The notes beneath the pieces are model-generated. The model saw only the letters and a list, made by a program, of their open reading frames with translations, had not been told where the DNA came from and did not search any database. Source: Anaerohalosphaeraceae bacterium (GTDB lineage: Bacteria > Planctomycetota > Phycisphaerae > Sedimentisphaerales > UBA12454). From it: a stretch of DNA of 64,000 nucleotides. Both the position numbers and the translations under genes were made by a program. Where the stretch lies: NCBI GenBank assembly GCA_021108375.1, contig JAIORA010000042.1, positions 73,046 to 137,045 of the forward strand, given 5' to 3'. Shown here piece after piece: positions 39,477-47,725 of the stretch; position 1 is the first letter of the stretch, and every line of letters starts with the position of its first letter.

Positions 39477-39554
39477 TATAATTCTCCTGATAAATTCAAG
39501 AGTATTGTAATATGAAATCGCTATAATACAAGAGAAAAATCTATAAAATACCAA

Positions 39555-39760
39555 TACCGATTATTAAGTGCGCCGTTGTCATTTCGACTGGAATGAGCGA
39601 AGCGAATGGAGCGGAGAAATCTATCATTTTTAGATTCTTCGACTCCGCTCGGAATGACAGTAAAAAAATCCGTGAAATCAGTGTTTGAAAATATCCGGCC
39701 GCTCCCGCGGCTCGGCTGCTATGGAAAATAAAAAATTTTGTGCCTTCGTGGCTAAGAAAA
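39555..39760. repeat. Intergenic hairpin-module block 3' of ssrA
   Basis: ATTAAGTGCGCCGTTGTCATT (also at ~62220). GTCATTTCGAC...GGAGCGGAGAAATC. CCGGCCGCTCCCGCGGCTCGGCT. ATCCGTGAAATCAGTG. Confidence 0.8.
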
Positions 39761-39815
39761 TATGCCAAAACAAAAATGCGGAAATTATACGCATTGCCCC
39801 CCCGGCGACAAAAGA

Positions 39816-40167
39816 TGGAGGCGGGGGGATTCGAACCCCCGTCCCGAGACGTTTCAAAACAGGCTTCTACACGCTTAGTTACTTTTTTAAAATTTCGCAT
39901 CAACAAACGCTAAGTAACGAGCTTTCATATCAACTGAGTTCGTAGGTTTCGCATTATCGCCCCGAACAATTCAATAACGCTATCTCACATTTCGGCGCCC
40001 TTGCACAGCTGGTGAGAACAACCCTGCAGGACGGGCTGCTTAATTAAGCGGCCATTCGTAATTGGTTAGTGCCAATTAAAATTAGTGTCGGATTTTTAAC
40101 CAGGCCAACCGACATCCTGAGCGTGCAACCTATCCATCTACCCGTCCGGTCGAAGCCAATCGCCCCC
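39816..40167 (-). ncRNA. ssrA: tmRNA (SsrA)
   Basis: 5' GGGGGCGATTGGCTTCGACCGGACGGG and 3' GGACGGGGGTTCGAATCCCCCCGCCTCCA. The acceptor stem has the G3:U70 alanine identity pair. Tag reading frame ...GGC ACT AAC CAA TTA CGA ATG GCC GCT TAA TTA A gives a tentative tag (A)GTNQLRMAA. CCA is not encoded. Confidence 0.92.
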
Positions 40168-40282
40168 TGTCAACCTTACAAAACGGTTCTATACACAGGT
40201 GCTGATTATACATCGTTTAGCTTAAAAAATCTACTAAAAACCGCGGCACAGATTGGTACATAAATAGACCATCAAAAATTCA

Positions 40283-40311
40283 TTGATTGAGCCTGCCCAA
40301 TCCGATATAAT
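40283..40311 (+). promoter_or_regulatory. Near-consensus sigma70 promoter of the unassigned sRNA
   Basis: TTGATT (40283-40288), 17-nt spacer, TATAAT (40306-40311). Confidence 0.7.
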
Positions 40312-40316
40312 GGCCA

Positions 40317-40542
40317 GCGAAGGTGATTGCTGCGGTGTTTGACGGAGAGATTGGTATTTTTAGAACCTATACCACTTTTTCGGGAAGCCGAGACCGCTCG
40401 GATCGAACAAGCCTGCCTGACAGGACGTTCGGACGATGGAACGGGCTACCCACCTGATTATCAGGGTTCGAAAATAGTCTCTTATCGGCATATGTGGCGT
40501 TGCTGGCGTGAATGAAAGGGCCTGGAAACGGGCCCTTTTTTT
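40317..40542 (+). ncRNA. Unassigned structured sRNA (~225 nt), possibly 6S-like
   Basis: Bounded by the promoter above and by the terminator GGGCCUG-GAAA-CGGGCCC plus U7 (40518-40542). No plausible ORF. The 5' and 3' arms pair by hand into an interrupted rod: CCAGCGA/UUGCUGG, GCUGC/GUGGC, GAGAGA/UCUCUU, UAUUUU/AAAAUA, AACCUAUA/UAUCAGGGUU. Confidence 0.55.
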
Positions 40543-40736
40543 CCGGCTCCCGACCGGTTGGTTTGGGAAACTTAACGAACCCTGAGCCGGGCTGGACACG
40601 GTCACAGCACCGCTGCCCACATCGGGCGAACCCGGCTCAAAAGGTTCGACAAAAAGTATCTACACATACAATCGTCCGAGATGGGAAAAATCACTAATAC
40701 TTTTTGCCTCCACTGACAACTGTATGTCAGTTGCGC

Positions 40737-40769
40737 AAAAAAAAGCCGGGCATTATGAAAATACCCGGC
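40737..40769 (-). terminator. Intrinsic terminator of the HD cassette
   Basis: Minus strand reads GCCGGG-TATTTTCATAATG-CCCGGC followed by T8. It lies ~40 nt after the HD gene stop. Confidence 0.7.
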
Positions 40770-40807
40770 CCTATGTGTTCCAACTTAATAAGTGAATTTT
40801 GTATAGT

Positions 40808-42223
40808 TTATACTATGTGCCAATTATTCATTTCATTTTTAATTTTTTCTATTTTTGTTAAATCCTCATTTATATCTATGGCGAGATATATTCTGGATAA
40901 GATAAACTGCTGGCCTGAAAATTTAGATATAAAACAATCTTTTCTATCCATAAGAGATTCTGGGGGATTGCCACTGCCTTTAAAAATTTTTACAATTTCT
41001 CTATAAACCTTTTCGTCATTCCTTTCGTCAGCTTGCTTGTTTTCCCTAGGAGTTCTGCGGCTTTCTTCTTTTTCAACATTATGTGTTTTTTCAGATAACA
41101 TAAATTGACCAGGAATAATACCGTATTGGGTAGACAATTGGGCTATCTTGTCTCTAAAGTTACGCCTTAAAGCTTTTCCATCGTGATTGTCAGACCTATC
41201 GCTCCAAAAAGCAACTTCTTTTAACAATTTAGGTGGTCTACGGTAAACTATGGAATTCGCCAGAATCCGGATCAATTTATCGGCTTCGTCATCCCCCTCG
41301 TGTTTCACAGCTTGTTGTATAATTCTATCAATATAAGCGTCTGTAAAGTCAAACAACTTTTCCGTCCTAAAAATATCTTTGATTTTATCAGCACCGTGCA
41401 TTTCATATCCACCTTTAAGATACAACCTTTTAAGCAAATGAGAACAAGCCTCTTCCATGCCACAGGTTGTTTTATGGAAATACACTGTACGGTGCATGGA
41501 AAATCGGGCCATCAGGAATTGCTCTGCGGCCGGTATCGCTTTTTCAGAAAAACATACAATCTTTTCACCGTCAAATTTACTAATTTCAATATTGTTTAGC
41601 AGGTAATTCATATCAACTTTTCCGTATGGCACACCAGTAGCATACGAATCACGTAGCAGATAATCCATTCTGTCTAAATCCAAGCTACTTGTAACAAATG
41701 ATGAGAGTTCCGTATCCGAACCAGTGAAAATATCCGCTACTTTTATAGCTCTTTTCTTACTTCCAATAGCCGTCAATATGTCATTTTGGCATTGCAACAC
41801 TATTCTGCCCGTTTCCTCATGTTTGGGATAGCCAAATTCTTCAACATCAATCTCAGTTTTAGGCTCCAAGTACTCCTCTGTGAGCGTTGTCTTCCACATT
41901 CGTTCTACTAAATGAGAATATGGATAATGCCCAATATCATGAAGCAAAGCTGCAAGCTTTAAATTTTCTTTTGTAGGTTCGTCAAGTTCCAATTCACTAG
42001 ATTTTTGATCAAGAACCCGTTTCATTATTGCAAGAGTTCCTATGCTATGAGAAAATCTTGTGTGGGTTGCATTGGGGTATGTAAGGTGGCTCAGTTGCAA
42101 CTGCTTAACATTTCGAAGCCGCTGAAAAGATGGAGTGTCAATAACTCTCCATTCTAAATCGGTCAGGTGAATATCATTATGTATGGAATCTACAATTATT
42201 CTGTTATCACTGGATGAGGCCAT
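40808..42223 (-). CDS. SAMHD1/COG1078-type HD-domain phosphohydrolase (putative dNTP triphosphohydrolase)
   Basis: Metal-binding motifs RFSHSIGT, LHDIGHYPYSH and LDLDRMDYLLRDSYATGVPYG, then ...HRTVYFHKT.... AAGGAG RBS. The start overlaps the upstream ORF by 17 nt. Confidence 0.8.
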   Translation of the reverse strand: MASSSDNRIIVDSIHNDIHLTDLEWRVIDTPSFQRLRNVKQLQLSHLTYPNATHTRFSHSIGTLAIMKRVLDQKSSELELDEPTKENLKLAALLHDIGHYPYSHLVERMWKTTLTEEYLEPKTEIDVEEFGYPKHEETGRIVLQCQNDILTAIGSKKRAIKVADIFTGSDTELSSFVTSSLDLDRMDYLLRDSYATGVPYGKVDMNYLLNNIEISKFDGEKIVCFSEKAIPAAEQFLMARFSMHRTVYFHKTTCGMEEACSHLLKRLYLKGGYEMHGADKIKDIFRTEKLFDFTDAYIDRIIQQAVKHEGDDEADKLIRILANSIVYRRPPKLLKEVAFWSDRSDNHDGKALRRNFRDKIAQLSTQYGIIPGQFMLSEKTHNVEKEESRRTPRENKQADERNDEKVYREIVKIFKGSGNPPESLMDRKDCFISKFSGQQFILSRIYLAIDINEDLTKIEKIKNEMNNWHIV

Positions 42224-42692
42224 ACTCCTTGAGTTCTCCTAAAGCACTATGCACCTCTTCATTGCTAAAAACTTTGTTGCTTTTTTCTAATACATTAACC
42301 ATTTCAGGAATACTTGAATTGGAGACTTGCCCTCTTGAAATCAAGAAATGTAGTGAAGCCAATAATTCGATTTTTTTTGCCAGAGTTTCTTTGTTTTCTT
42401 CCGCAAACATTGGCCTAATTTTACTTAGTTTAGAAATTGTAACCCCATCAAGCGACCAATTTTCAAGTTCATCATCTGTCGTCTGAGTAGCAATGCTATA
42501 ACAATCATCTGCCAAGGGGCTACAATATGGCCCTCTCAAATACCACCTATAATGATAACCCAAGTTAGTACCAGCAGCCTGTATCAGATAAATAGCTTTT
42601 TGCGATATGAGCCTATCCTGAAAAGAATCTATACCAAATTCCAAACCAAGCGTATCAGCCGCTAATTTGATTACAACCTGCCTCTTGTCCAT
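42207..42692 (-). CDS. Panacea (DUF4065/SocA)- or YwgA-like small protein
   Basis: 161 aa. The segment DRLISQKAIYLIQAAGTNLGYHYRWYLRGPYCSPLADDCY resembles the DUF4065 pattern (KLQKLLY...f..w..GP..p.ly). GGAG RBS 7 nt upstream. Translationally coupled to the HD gene. Confidence 0.5.
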   Translation of the reverse strand: MDKRQVVIKLAADTLGLEFGIDSFQDRLISQKAIYLIQAAGTNLGYHYRWYLRGPYCSPLADDCYSIATQTTDDELENWSLDGVTISKLSKIRPMFAEENKETLAKKIELLASLHFLISRGQVSNSSIPEMVNVLEKSNKVFSNEEVHSALGELKEYGLIQ

Positions 42693-42851
42693 GAGAACTC
42701 CTCAAAAGATAAACCTTTTCCCTATTTCAAGTTGTCGACAAAACTACGGAAAAAACTTGAATTTAGTCCTATAATACAGAAGATGAACTTAGAAACCTCG
42801 CTGTGAAGGTTATTATTTCGTTTTACTAAAACTTAATCAAGAAAATTCCAG

Positions 42852-42880
42852 AAAAAACTGAGCAGTCCTAACACTCAGTT
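42852..42880 (-). terminator. Intrinsic terminator of the aminotransferase gene
   Basis: Minus strand reads ACTGAG-TGTTAGGACTG-CTCAGT followed by T6. It separates the upstream gene from the HD cassette. Confidence 0.6.
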
Positions 42881-42902
42881 TAACTTCTTGATACACATAA
42901 AG

Positions 42903-43991
42903 TTAGCTTATTTCCTCGTCAATCCAGCCTAATAATTCTTTAAGGTCGTCAAGGTTAATATCGCCCATATGAGCGATTCTAAAAGCCTGTTCTTTGAGCT
43001 TGCCGTAACCGTTACCGAAAATAGTGTTATGTTTTTCCTGAATCGCTTTAATCGTACCAGCAACATCGATGCCGCGAGTGTTCTTAATCGTCGTCAAAGT
43101 ATTGGAGGCATACTGCTCATCGCAGAACAATTCAAATTTTTCCTTCGCCCAACTGCGAACAAAATCGGCCATCTCAGCGTGTCTCTTCCAGACGTTTTCC
43201 ATACCCTCTGCGAGCAATTTTTTGCACTGGTAGTTGAGTGCCATAATGTGCGGTATTACCGGAGTTGTCGGGGTCTGGTTCTTTGCTCCGCTCTTGGCAA
43301 ATTCCTGGAAGTCAAAGTAGTAGCCTCTGCCGGTAACGGTTTTACTCTTTGCCATCGCACGGTCGCTGACAGCAAAAACTGCCAGTCCAGGCGGAATCGC
43401 AAAAGCCTTCTGCACGGAAGCAAAAACTACATCCCAGCCGAGCTTGTCAAATTCCAGCGGCAGGCCAACCATACCACTTACCGAATCGACCAAAACCAGC
43501 ACGTCGGGGTATTTAGCCTTCATCATTTCGCTGATTTCATAAACCGGGTTGGTCAGGCCGGTAGAAGTTTCGTTGTGAACGAGTGAGATAGCGGCATATT
43601 TGCCATCGGCGAGCTTTTTGTCAATCATATCAACAGTAATCGGCTGGCCCCATTCAACTTTTAGCTCTTCGACATTTCTGCCGCAAGCCCTGGCAACCGT
43701 TGCGAACTTGTCGCTGAAAGCTCCGCACATTGTGCAAAGAATTGTTTCATCGTGGTCGATACAATTGCGAATACTGCCTTCCCAGATACCTGATGCTGAT
43801 GAAGTGCTCAGGAACACGCTCTGTGTGGTTGACAGAAGCTCTTTGAGCATCGTTACCGTTTCTTCGTGAAGCTGAGAATACTCTTTGCCACGATGGCCAA
43901 GTGAATATCTGCTGAGTTGCTCCAACACCTCAGGCAGCATATGTACCGGCCCGGGTATGAAGAGCTTCGGAGGATTTTTCCAATCTACCAT
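42903..43991 (-). CDS. Class V aminotransferase (serine-pyruvate / alanine-glyoxylate / phosphoserine aminotransferase family)
   Basis: 362 aa. FIPGPV N-terminus, ...HNETSTG..., ...DSVSG..., SVQKAF (PLP-Lys region). Confidence 0.8.
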   Translation of the reverse strand: MVDWKNPPKLFIPGPVHMLPEVLEQLSRYSLGHRGKEYSQLHEETVTMLKELLSTTQSVFLSTSSASGIWEGSIRNCIDHDETILCTMCGAFSDKFATVARACGRNVEELKVEWGQPITVDMIDKKLADGKYAAISLVHNETSTGLTNPVYEISEMMKAKYPDVLVLVDSVSGMVGLPLEFDKLGWDVVFASVQKAFAIPPGLAVFAVSDRAMAKSKTVTGRGYYFDFQEFAKSGAKNQTPTTPVIPHIMALNYQCKKLLAEGMENVWKRHAEMADFVRSWAKEKFELFCDEQYASNTLTTIKNTRGIDVAGTIKAIQEKHNTIFGNGYGKLKEQAFRIAHMGDINLDDLKELLGWIDEEIS

Positions 43992-44030
43992 TTTTTAACT
44001 CCCTAAAATGAAATTTTAATGTTCTTTTCT

Positions 44031-45329
44031 TTATAATTTATTTATCGTCAATCCGGTGAAAATTTTCGGATAGAAGAATGTCGATTTTTGCGGCATCTTT
44101 TCATTTTCGACAGCAACGGCCTTTACCTGCTCAACCGGCGTAGAGTTCATAAAGAACAGAGCCTGCTTTTGGCCGCTATCAACTTTTGCCATTGCCTCGG
44201 CGACAGCATCGCCGATGTCCTTGACATACTCAAGATTGCTCTCGCTGGTAAGGGCGGCCTGGTCGATACCGAGAATATCGTCAAGAATCGCACTATGCAA
44301 AACGACAACGCCGAGCGATTTTGAAGCATCGCTAACGTCAACATTATCAAGGGCGGTCTTGTCCTTTAGTTCGACATAATAAAAACTCTTGCCATCATAT
44401 ATGCCGAAAGCGTTTTCGCCGGCAGCAAAAGCCTCGGCCAATTTCTTGTCCATAAGAGACTTCGCTTTAGCCTTGTCGCTGGTGCATTCAAACTTCGTTA
44501 CGCTGAAATACTTCTGCAGGCTCACTACCAAATTATCAGTATTGTAACTTTCGAGATTGCCGAGGAGTCTGTGTGTCGGCAGAACAACAAGTCCCTCGTT
44601 ATACATATTCACAAACGTCATCATTCGATATTCAGCGGCGGGATTCTTAGTTTGCTTCCAATAGTTCAGAGCAGTTTCGTATCTGTGATGGCCGTCAGCA
44701 ATTAAAGCCTGCTTGTCAGCCATCATATTTACAATCGCTTTGATATCCGAGGTGTCATCAATAATATAGAGTCTGTGGCGGACATTTTCGTCATCGACAA
44801 AATCGCTCGCCGACTCTTTTGCCGCTACTGTGCTATCGATAATTTTGTCAGCGATTTTCTCAGCATCGTCGAAGAGCATAAATATCTGGCCGAACTGCGC
44901 AGCCGTTGCTTTCATAAGATTCAACCTGTCAGCCTTTGGGCCATCAAGGGTTTTTTCGTGAGGCTGCACGCCGGAACCAAAATCTTTTAATCTGCCGAGC
45001 GACACGAAACCGCTGCGCTGATAGGTAGTACCGGCAATATCAAAGTTCTGAACATAAGCATATATCGCTTCGGCAGAATCCTGCTTGAGAGCACCAGCCT
45101 TAATCCATTCATTCAGAAAGCCCGCGGCGCGAGTGTACTGATTATTACTGTCGCTATCGGTCGATTCGGTTTTGCCCTTTATTATCCGAACGATGTTGTG
45201 AGAACTCCGGCCATAAAGCAAATTTTGCTGGACAGAATTTATCACGTCGTAAGGCGGGCTTATGCACTTGCCAACGCCTGCAACTACGTCGGAATTGAAC
45301 CGATACGCTTTGAAAGATTTAATTTCCAT
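44031..45329 (-). CDS. DUF1015 domain protein
   Basis: MEIKSFKAYRFN...ISPPYDVI N-terminus and ...IADGHHRYETAL... are hallmarks of DUF1015. Trimmed to the ATG at 45329. Confidence 0.8.
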   Translation of the reverse strand: MEIKSFKAYRFNSDVVAGVGKCISPPYDVINSVQQNLLYGRSSHNIVRIIKGKTESTDSDSNNQYTRAAGFLNEWIKAGALKQDSAEAIYAYVQNFDIAGTTYQRSGFVSLGRLKDFGSGVQPHEKTLDGPKADRLNLMKATAAQFGQIFMLFDDAEKIADKIIDSTVAAKESASDFVDDENVRHRLYIIDDTSDIKAIVNMMADKQALIADGHHRYETALNYWKQTKNPAAEYRMMTFVNMYNEGLVVLPTHRLLGNLESYNTDNLVVSLQKYFSVTKFECTSDKAKAKSLMDKKLAEAFAAGENAFGIYDGKSFYYVELKDKTALDNVDVSDASKSLGVVVLHSAILDDILGIDQAALTSESNLEYVKDIGDAVAEAMAKVDSGQKQALFFMNSTPVEQVKAVAVENEKMPQKSTFFYPKIFTGLTINKL

Positions 45330-45590
45330 AAAACTTCTAACTCCCTTGAAATAAAGCATTTATAAAGAGACCAATGCGGCCATCAACGAAAACACGGCAT
45401 TTTACCAAAGCCGGTAAGGCTTTTCAAAACAATTCGCCCAACTTTACAACTCAAAATTCCGCTTTGAATAAAAACACTGGCGATTCCTGATGGCTTAGTC
45501 TATTATTTGAGAACAGAGTCGGTTTTTCACAATATCACGATATTTTGCGAGCTTAAAAAAAGAGATAAATCCGTTCAGGAAACAGATTAA

Positions 45591-45995
45591 ATGAGTATCG
45601 AAAAGAAAAATCGCAACGAGATTGAAGAAGAGCTTCAGGATTTAAAGAACGAGCTGGAAAATTTTCAGCAGGAAAAAAATCGCGTCCGGGCTATCATCGG
45701 CCAAATCGGGGGCGTGCCAATGTTCCACACCCGGCTGATAAATACTATTTTCATCATCATACTCGTTGGCTCGGTTGTAATTTCCACTATCGGCGGCGAA
45801 AAAATCCGCTCACTGATGATAGAAGTGGCCGTTATCGCACTGTCAGTGAAGATTATCTATATGATGCACTGCCAAACGAAAGTTAACCATTTCAAGCTCT
45901 GGATGATGAGCAGTATCGAGTGGCGGCTGAACGAAATAATGAAGCAAATTCGGATTATTAAGAAAAATCAAAGCCCGCAAGATGAAAAACATTGA
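45591..45995 (+). CDS. Hypothetical membrane protein with an N-terminal coiled coil
   Basis: EEELQDLKNELENFQQEKNR followed by two hydrophobic segments. No family recognised. Confidence 0.5.
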   Translation: MSIEKKNRNEIEEELQDLKNELENFQQEKNRVRAIIGQIGGVPMFHTRLINTIFIIILVGSVVISTIGGEKIRSLMIEVAVIALSVKIIYMMHCQTKVNHFKLWMMSSIEWRLNEIMKQIRIIKKNQSPQDEKH

Positions 45996-46066
45996 CAAAC
46001 AATGCCCATTAGGGTAATAATCGGAACTGGTATAACATAAAAATTTATTTAGAAAGGGATTCGAAA

Positions 46067-46288
46067 ATGTTGAAAAAAATTATTGCTTTGAGCATCGCTT
46101 TTTGTCTGGTACTGACCGTTGTTGGCTGCAAAGATTCTTCAGAGCCTACTGACCAGATTGAAAAAACTTCGGAATCTACGGTTGACCAAGCCGAAGAGGC
46201 TGCTGCAACAGCTGAAAAAGAAATCACAAAAGATAAAGTTGAAGATGCAATAGACAAAGTCGAAAAAGAAGTTGACGCGGAAAAGTAA
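46067..46288 (+). CDS. Small acidic lipoprotein
   Basis: MLKKIIALSIAFCLVLTVVGCKD (lipobox VVGC) followed by an E/D/K-rich tail. Confidence 0.55.
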   Translation: MLKKIIALSIAFCLVLTVVGCKDSSEPTDQIEKTSESTVDQAEEAAATAEKEITKDKVEDAIDKVEKEVDAEK

Positions 46289-46675
46289 AGATAACGTCCC
46301 CGCAGACTTATGTCTTTCGACCAGCGCGGAGTAATCTAAAATTAGCCCCCGAATTACAATTCGGGGGTTATTTTTTGATTAGAGCATTTTAATATTTTAT
46401 GTACTGGTTTAGACCGTTATGAGGACAAGGCCGACAAAGAAGATTGCGCAGCGATATTGAAATCTCGCGAGCAAATCTGATACCGTCAGCCGAAGCCGCA
46501 GTAGGCATAAACGGTACACTAAAAATTAAACTGCTCTAATCAATCCATCCCGATTCATCGGGATTCCTCAACTCAAAACTAAAAACTCAAGACTCATAAC
46601 TATTTCATTTGCCATTCCCGCGAAAGCGGGAATCCGTTTTTTCCCCCGAATCTATTTTCAGCCGAAACATCTGTT
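46289..46675. repeat. Intergenic hairpin-module block (contains the 169-bp element)
   Basis: CCCCCGAATTACAATTCGGGGG (~46346-46367). ATCCCGATTCATCGGGAT. CTCAAAACT microsatellite (~46566-46602). TTCCCGCGAAAGCGGGAA. Confidence 0.8.
46375..46543. mobile_element. 169-bp MITE-like element with 19-bp terminal inverted repeats
   Basis: Left end TTGATTAGAGCATTTTAAT. The reverse complement of the right end is TTGATTAGAGCAGTTTAAT (18/19 match). Confidence 0.55.
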
Positions 46676-47725
46676 TTAGTTCAGCCGGGATTTTAGCGTT
46701 TGAGCGCGCAGCATATCCCGCTGGGCAGCAGTAAGGCTGTGGCCGCTGTTCATTTGTAAATGTGCTGGCTGTGTCAACATAAACAAGTCGTTGATTGTAC
46801 TGATTGATATGTCCTTTATCCTGCCCATATTTATACCCAGCCGTAAGTTGCTCAACAGGAACAAGGCCTCGTGCGAACTTATCAGCTTAGCGTTTTTCAG
46901 CAGCGCCAGCGCTCTGGATATTTTGTCGTCGAGAAGATTGATATTTCTGGAAAGCAACTGTTCTCTTGCCTGTTTTTCATACTCAACAATTTTCGGAATT
47001 ATTATATTGCCGAAATCATTCACTATTTTTTCTTCGGAAACGCCCAGAGTAACCTGATTGGATACCTGAAAAAAATCGCCCACTGCTTCGGTTCCTTCAC
47101 CAAAGAGTCCGCGAACGGTAAGGTTCATTTCCCTGACAGCCTCTATCATTTTTTTGAGATGTTCCGTCATTTTCAGTCCCGGCAGATGCAGCATAACCGA
47201 AACCCTTATCCCCGTCCCGACATTGGTCGGGCAGGCAGTGAGGTAGCCATACTTTGAACTGAACGCGTATTTAACTTTTTCGCTGATAAGGTTATCTATT
47301 TCGTTGATTTTCTGCCAGCAGTTTTTCACATCCAGCCCTGAGCCGAGTACCTGCATCCGAAGGTGGTCTTCTTCGTTTATCATCGCGCCGAACAATTCAT
47401 TTTTAGCGATGACGACACCCCTTGCGCCGATTCCGGAGGCAAGGTTTTTGCTTATCAGATGACGTTCAATCAAAAAATCTCGTTCTACCTGGTCGCCCTG
47501 GCCGATGTCGATGAAGAATAAATCGCCGAGTGTTTCGAGGCCGAGTATGATTTCCTTAAGTCGAGAGAGAATTTCCTGCTTTTGCTGGTCTGTGCACTTT
47601 GTGATGAAATTAAAGCCTGCCAGGTTCCTCGCCAACCTTATTCGCGATGATATCACGATGTCTGACAAAGGCCCGCCGCCTTTAAACCAATCCGTTGTTC
47701 GAGAGCTTAAATCTGTAAGTTTCAT
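46676..47725 (-). CDS. mcsB: Protein arginine kinase McsB
   Basis: ATP:guanido phosphotransferase core (SSRIRLARNL, EEDHLR, TNVGTG.R). Confidence 0.9.
   Translation of the reverse strand: MKLTDLSSRTTDWFKGGGPLSDIVISSRIRLARNLAGFNFITKCTDQQKQEILSRLKEIILGLETLGDLFFIDIGQGDQVERDFLIERHLISKNLASGIGARGVVIAKNELFGAMINEEDHLRMQVLGSGLDVKNCWQKINEIDNLISEKVKYAFSSKYGYLTACPTNVGTGIRVSVMLHLPGLKMTEHLKKMIEAVREMNLTVRGLFGEGTEAVGDFFQVSNQVTLGVSEEKIVNDFGNIIIPKIVEYEKQAREQLLSRNINLLDDKISRALALLKNAKLISSHEALFLLSNLRLGINMGRIKDISISTINDLFMLTQPAHLQMNSGHSLTAAQRDMLRAQTLKSRLN

Noticed and set aside
40317-40542. Assignment of the orphan sRNA as a TPP riboswitch, RNase P RNA or SRP RNA.
   Set aside because: ACCCACCUGAUUAUCAGGG only superficially resembles the TPP ACCUGAUCUGGAUAAUGCCAGCG element, the CUGAGA box is missing, and no downstream plus-strand gene exists. 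The RNase P GAGGAAAGUCC and SRP GGAAGCAGC motifs are absent. The ORFs 40327..40515 (+) and 40360..40620 (-) have no coding features.
39555-40800. A classical ssrA-targeted integrative island.
   Set aside because: The window has no integrase or recombinase gene. I found no second copy of the ssrA 3' end (GGGGGTTCGAATCCCCCC) by eye. The accessory HD cassette lies on the 5' side of ssrA rather than the 3' side.
42903-45329. The DUF1015 plus class V aminotransferase pair as a novel system.
   Set aside because: From memory, this adjacency, often with a phosphoglycerate dehydrogenase, is common and linked to serine metabolism. Nothing unusual is visible in the sequence here.
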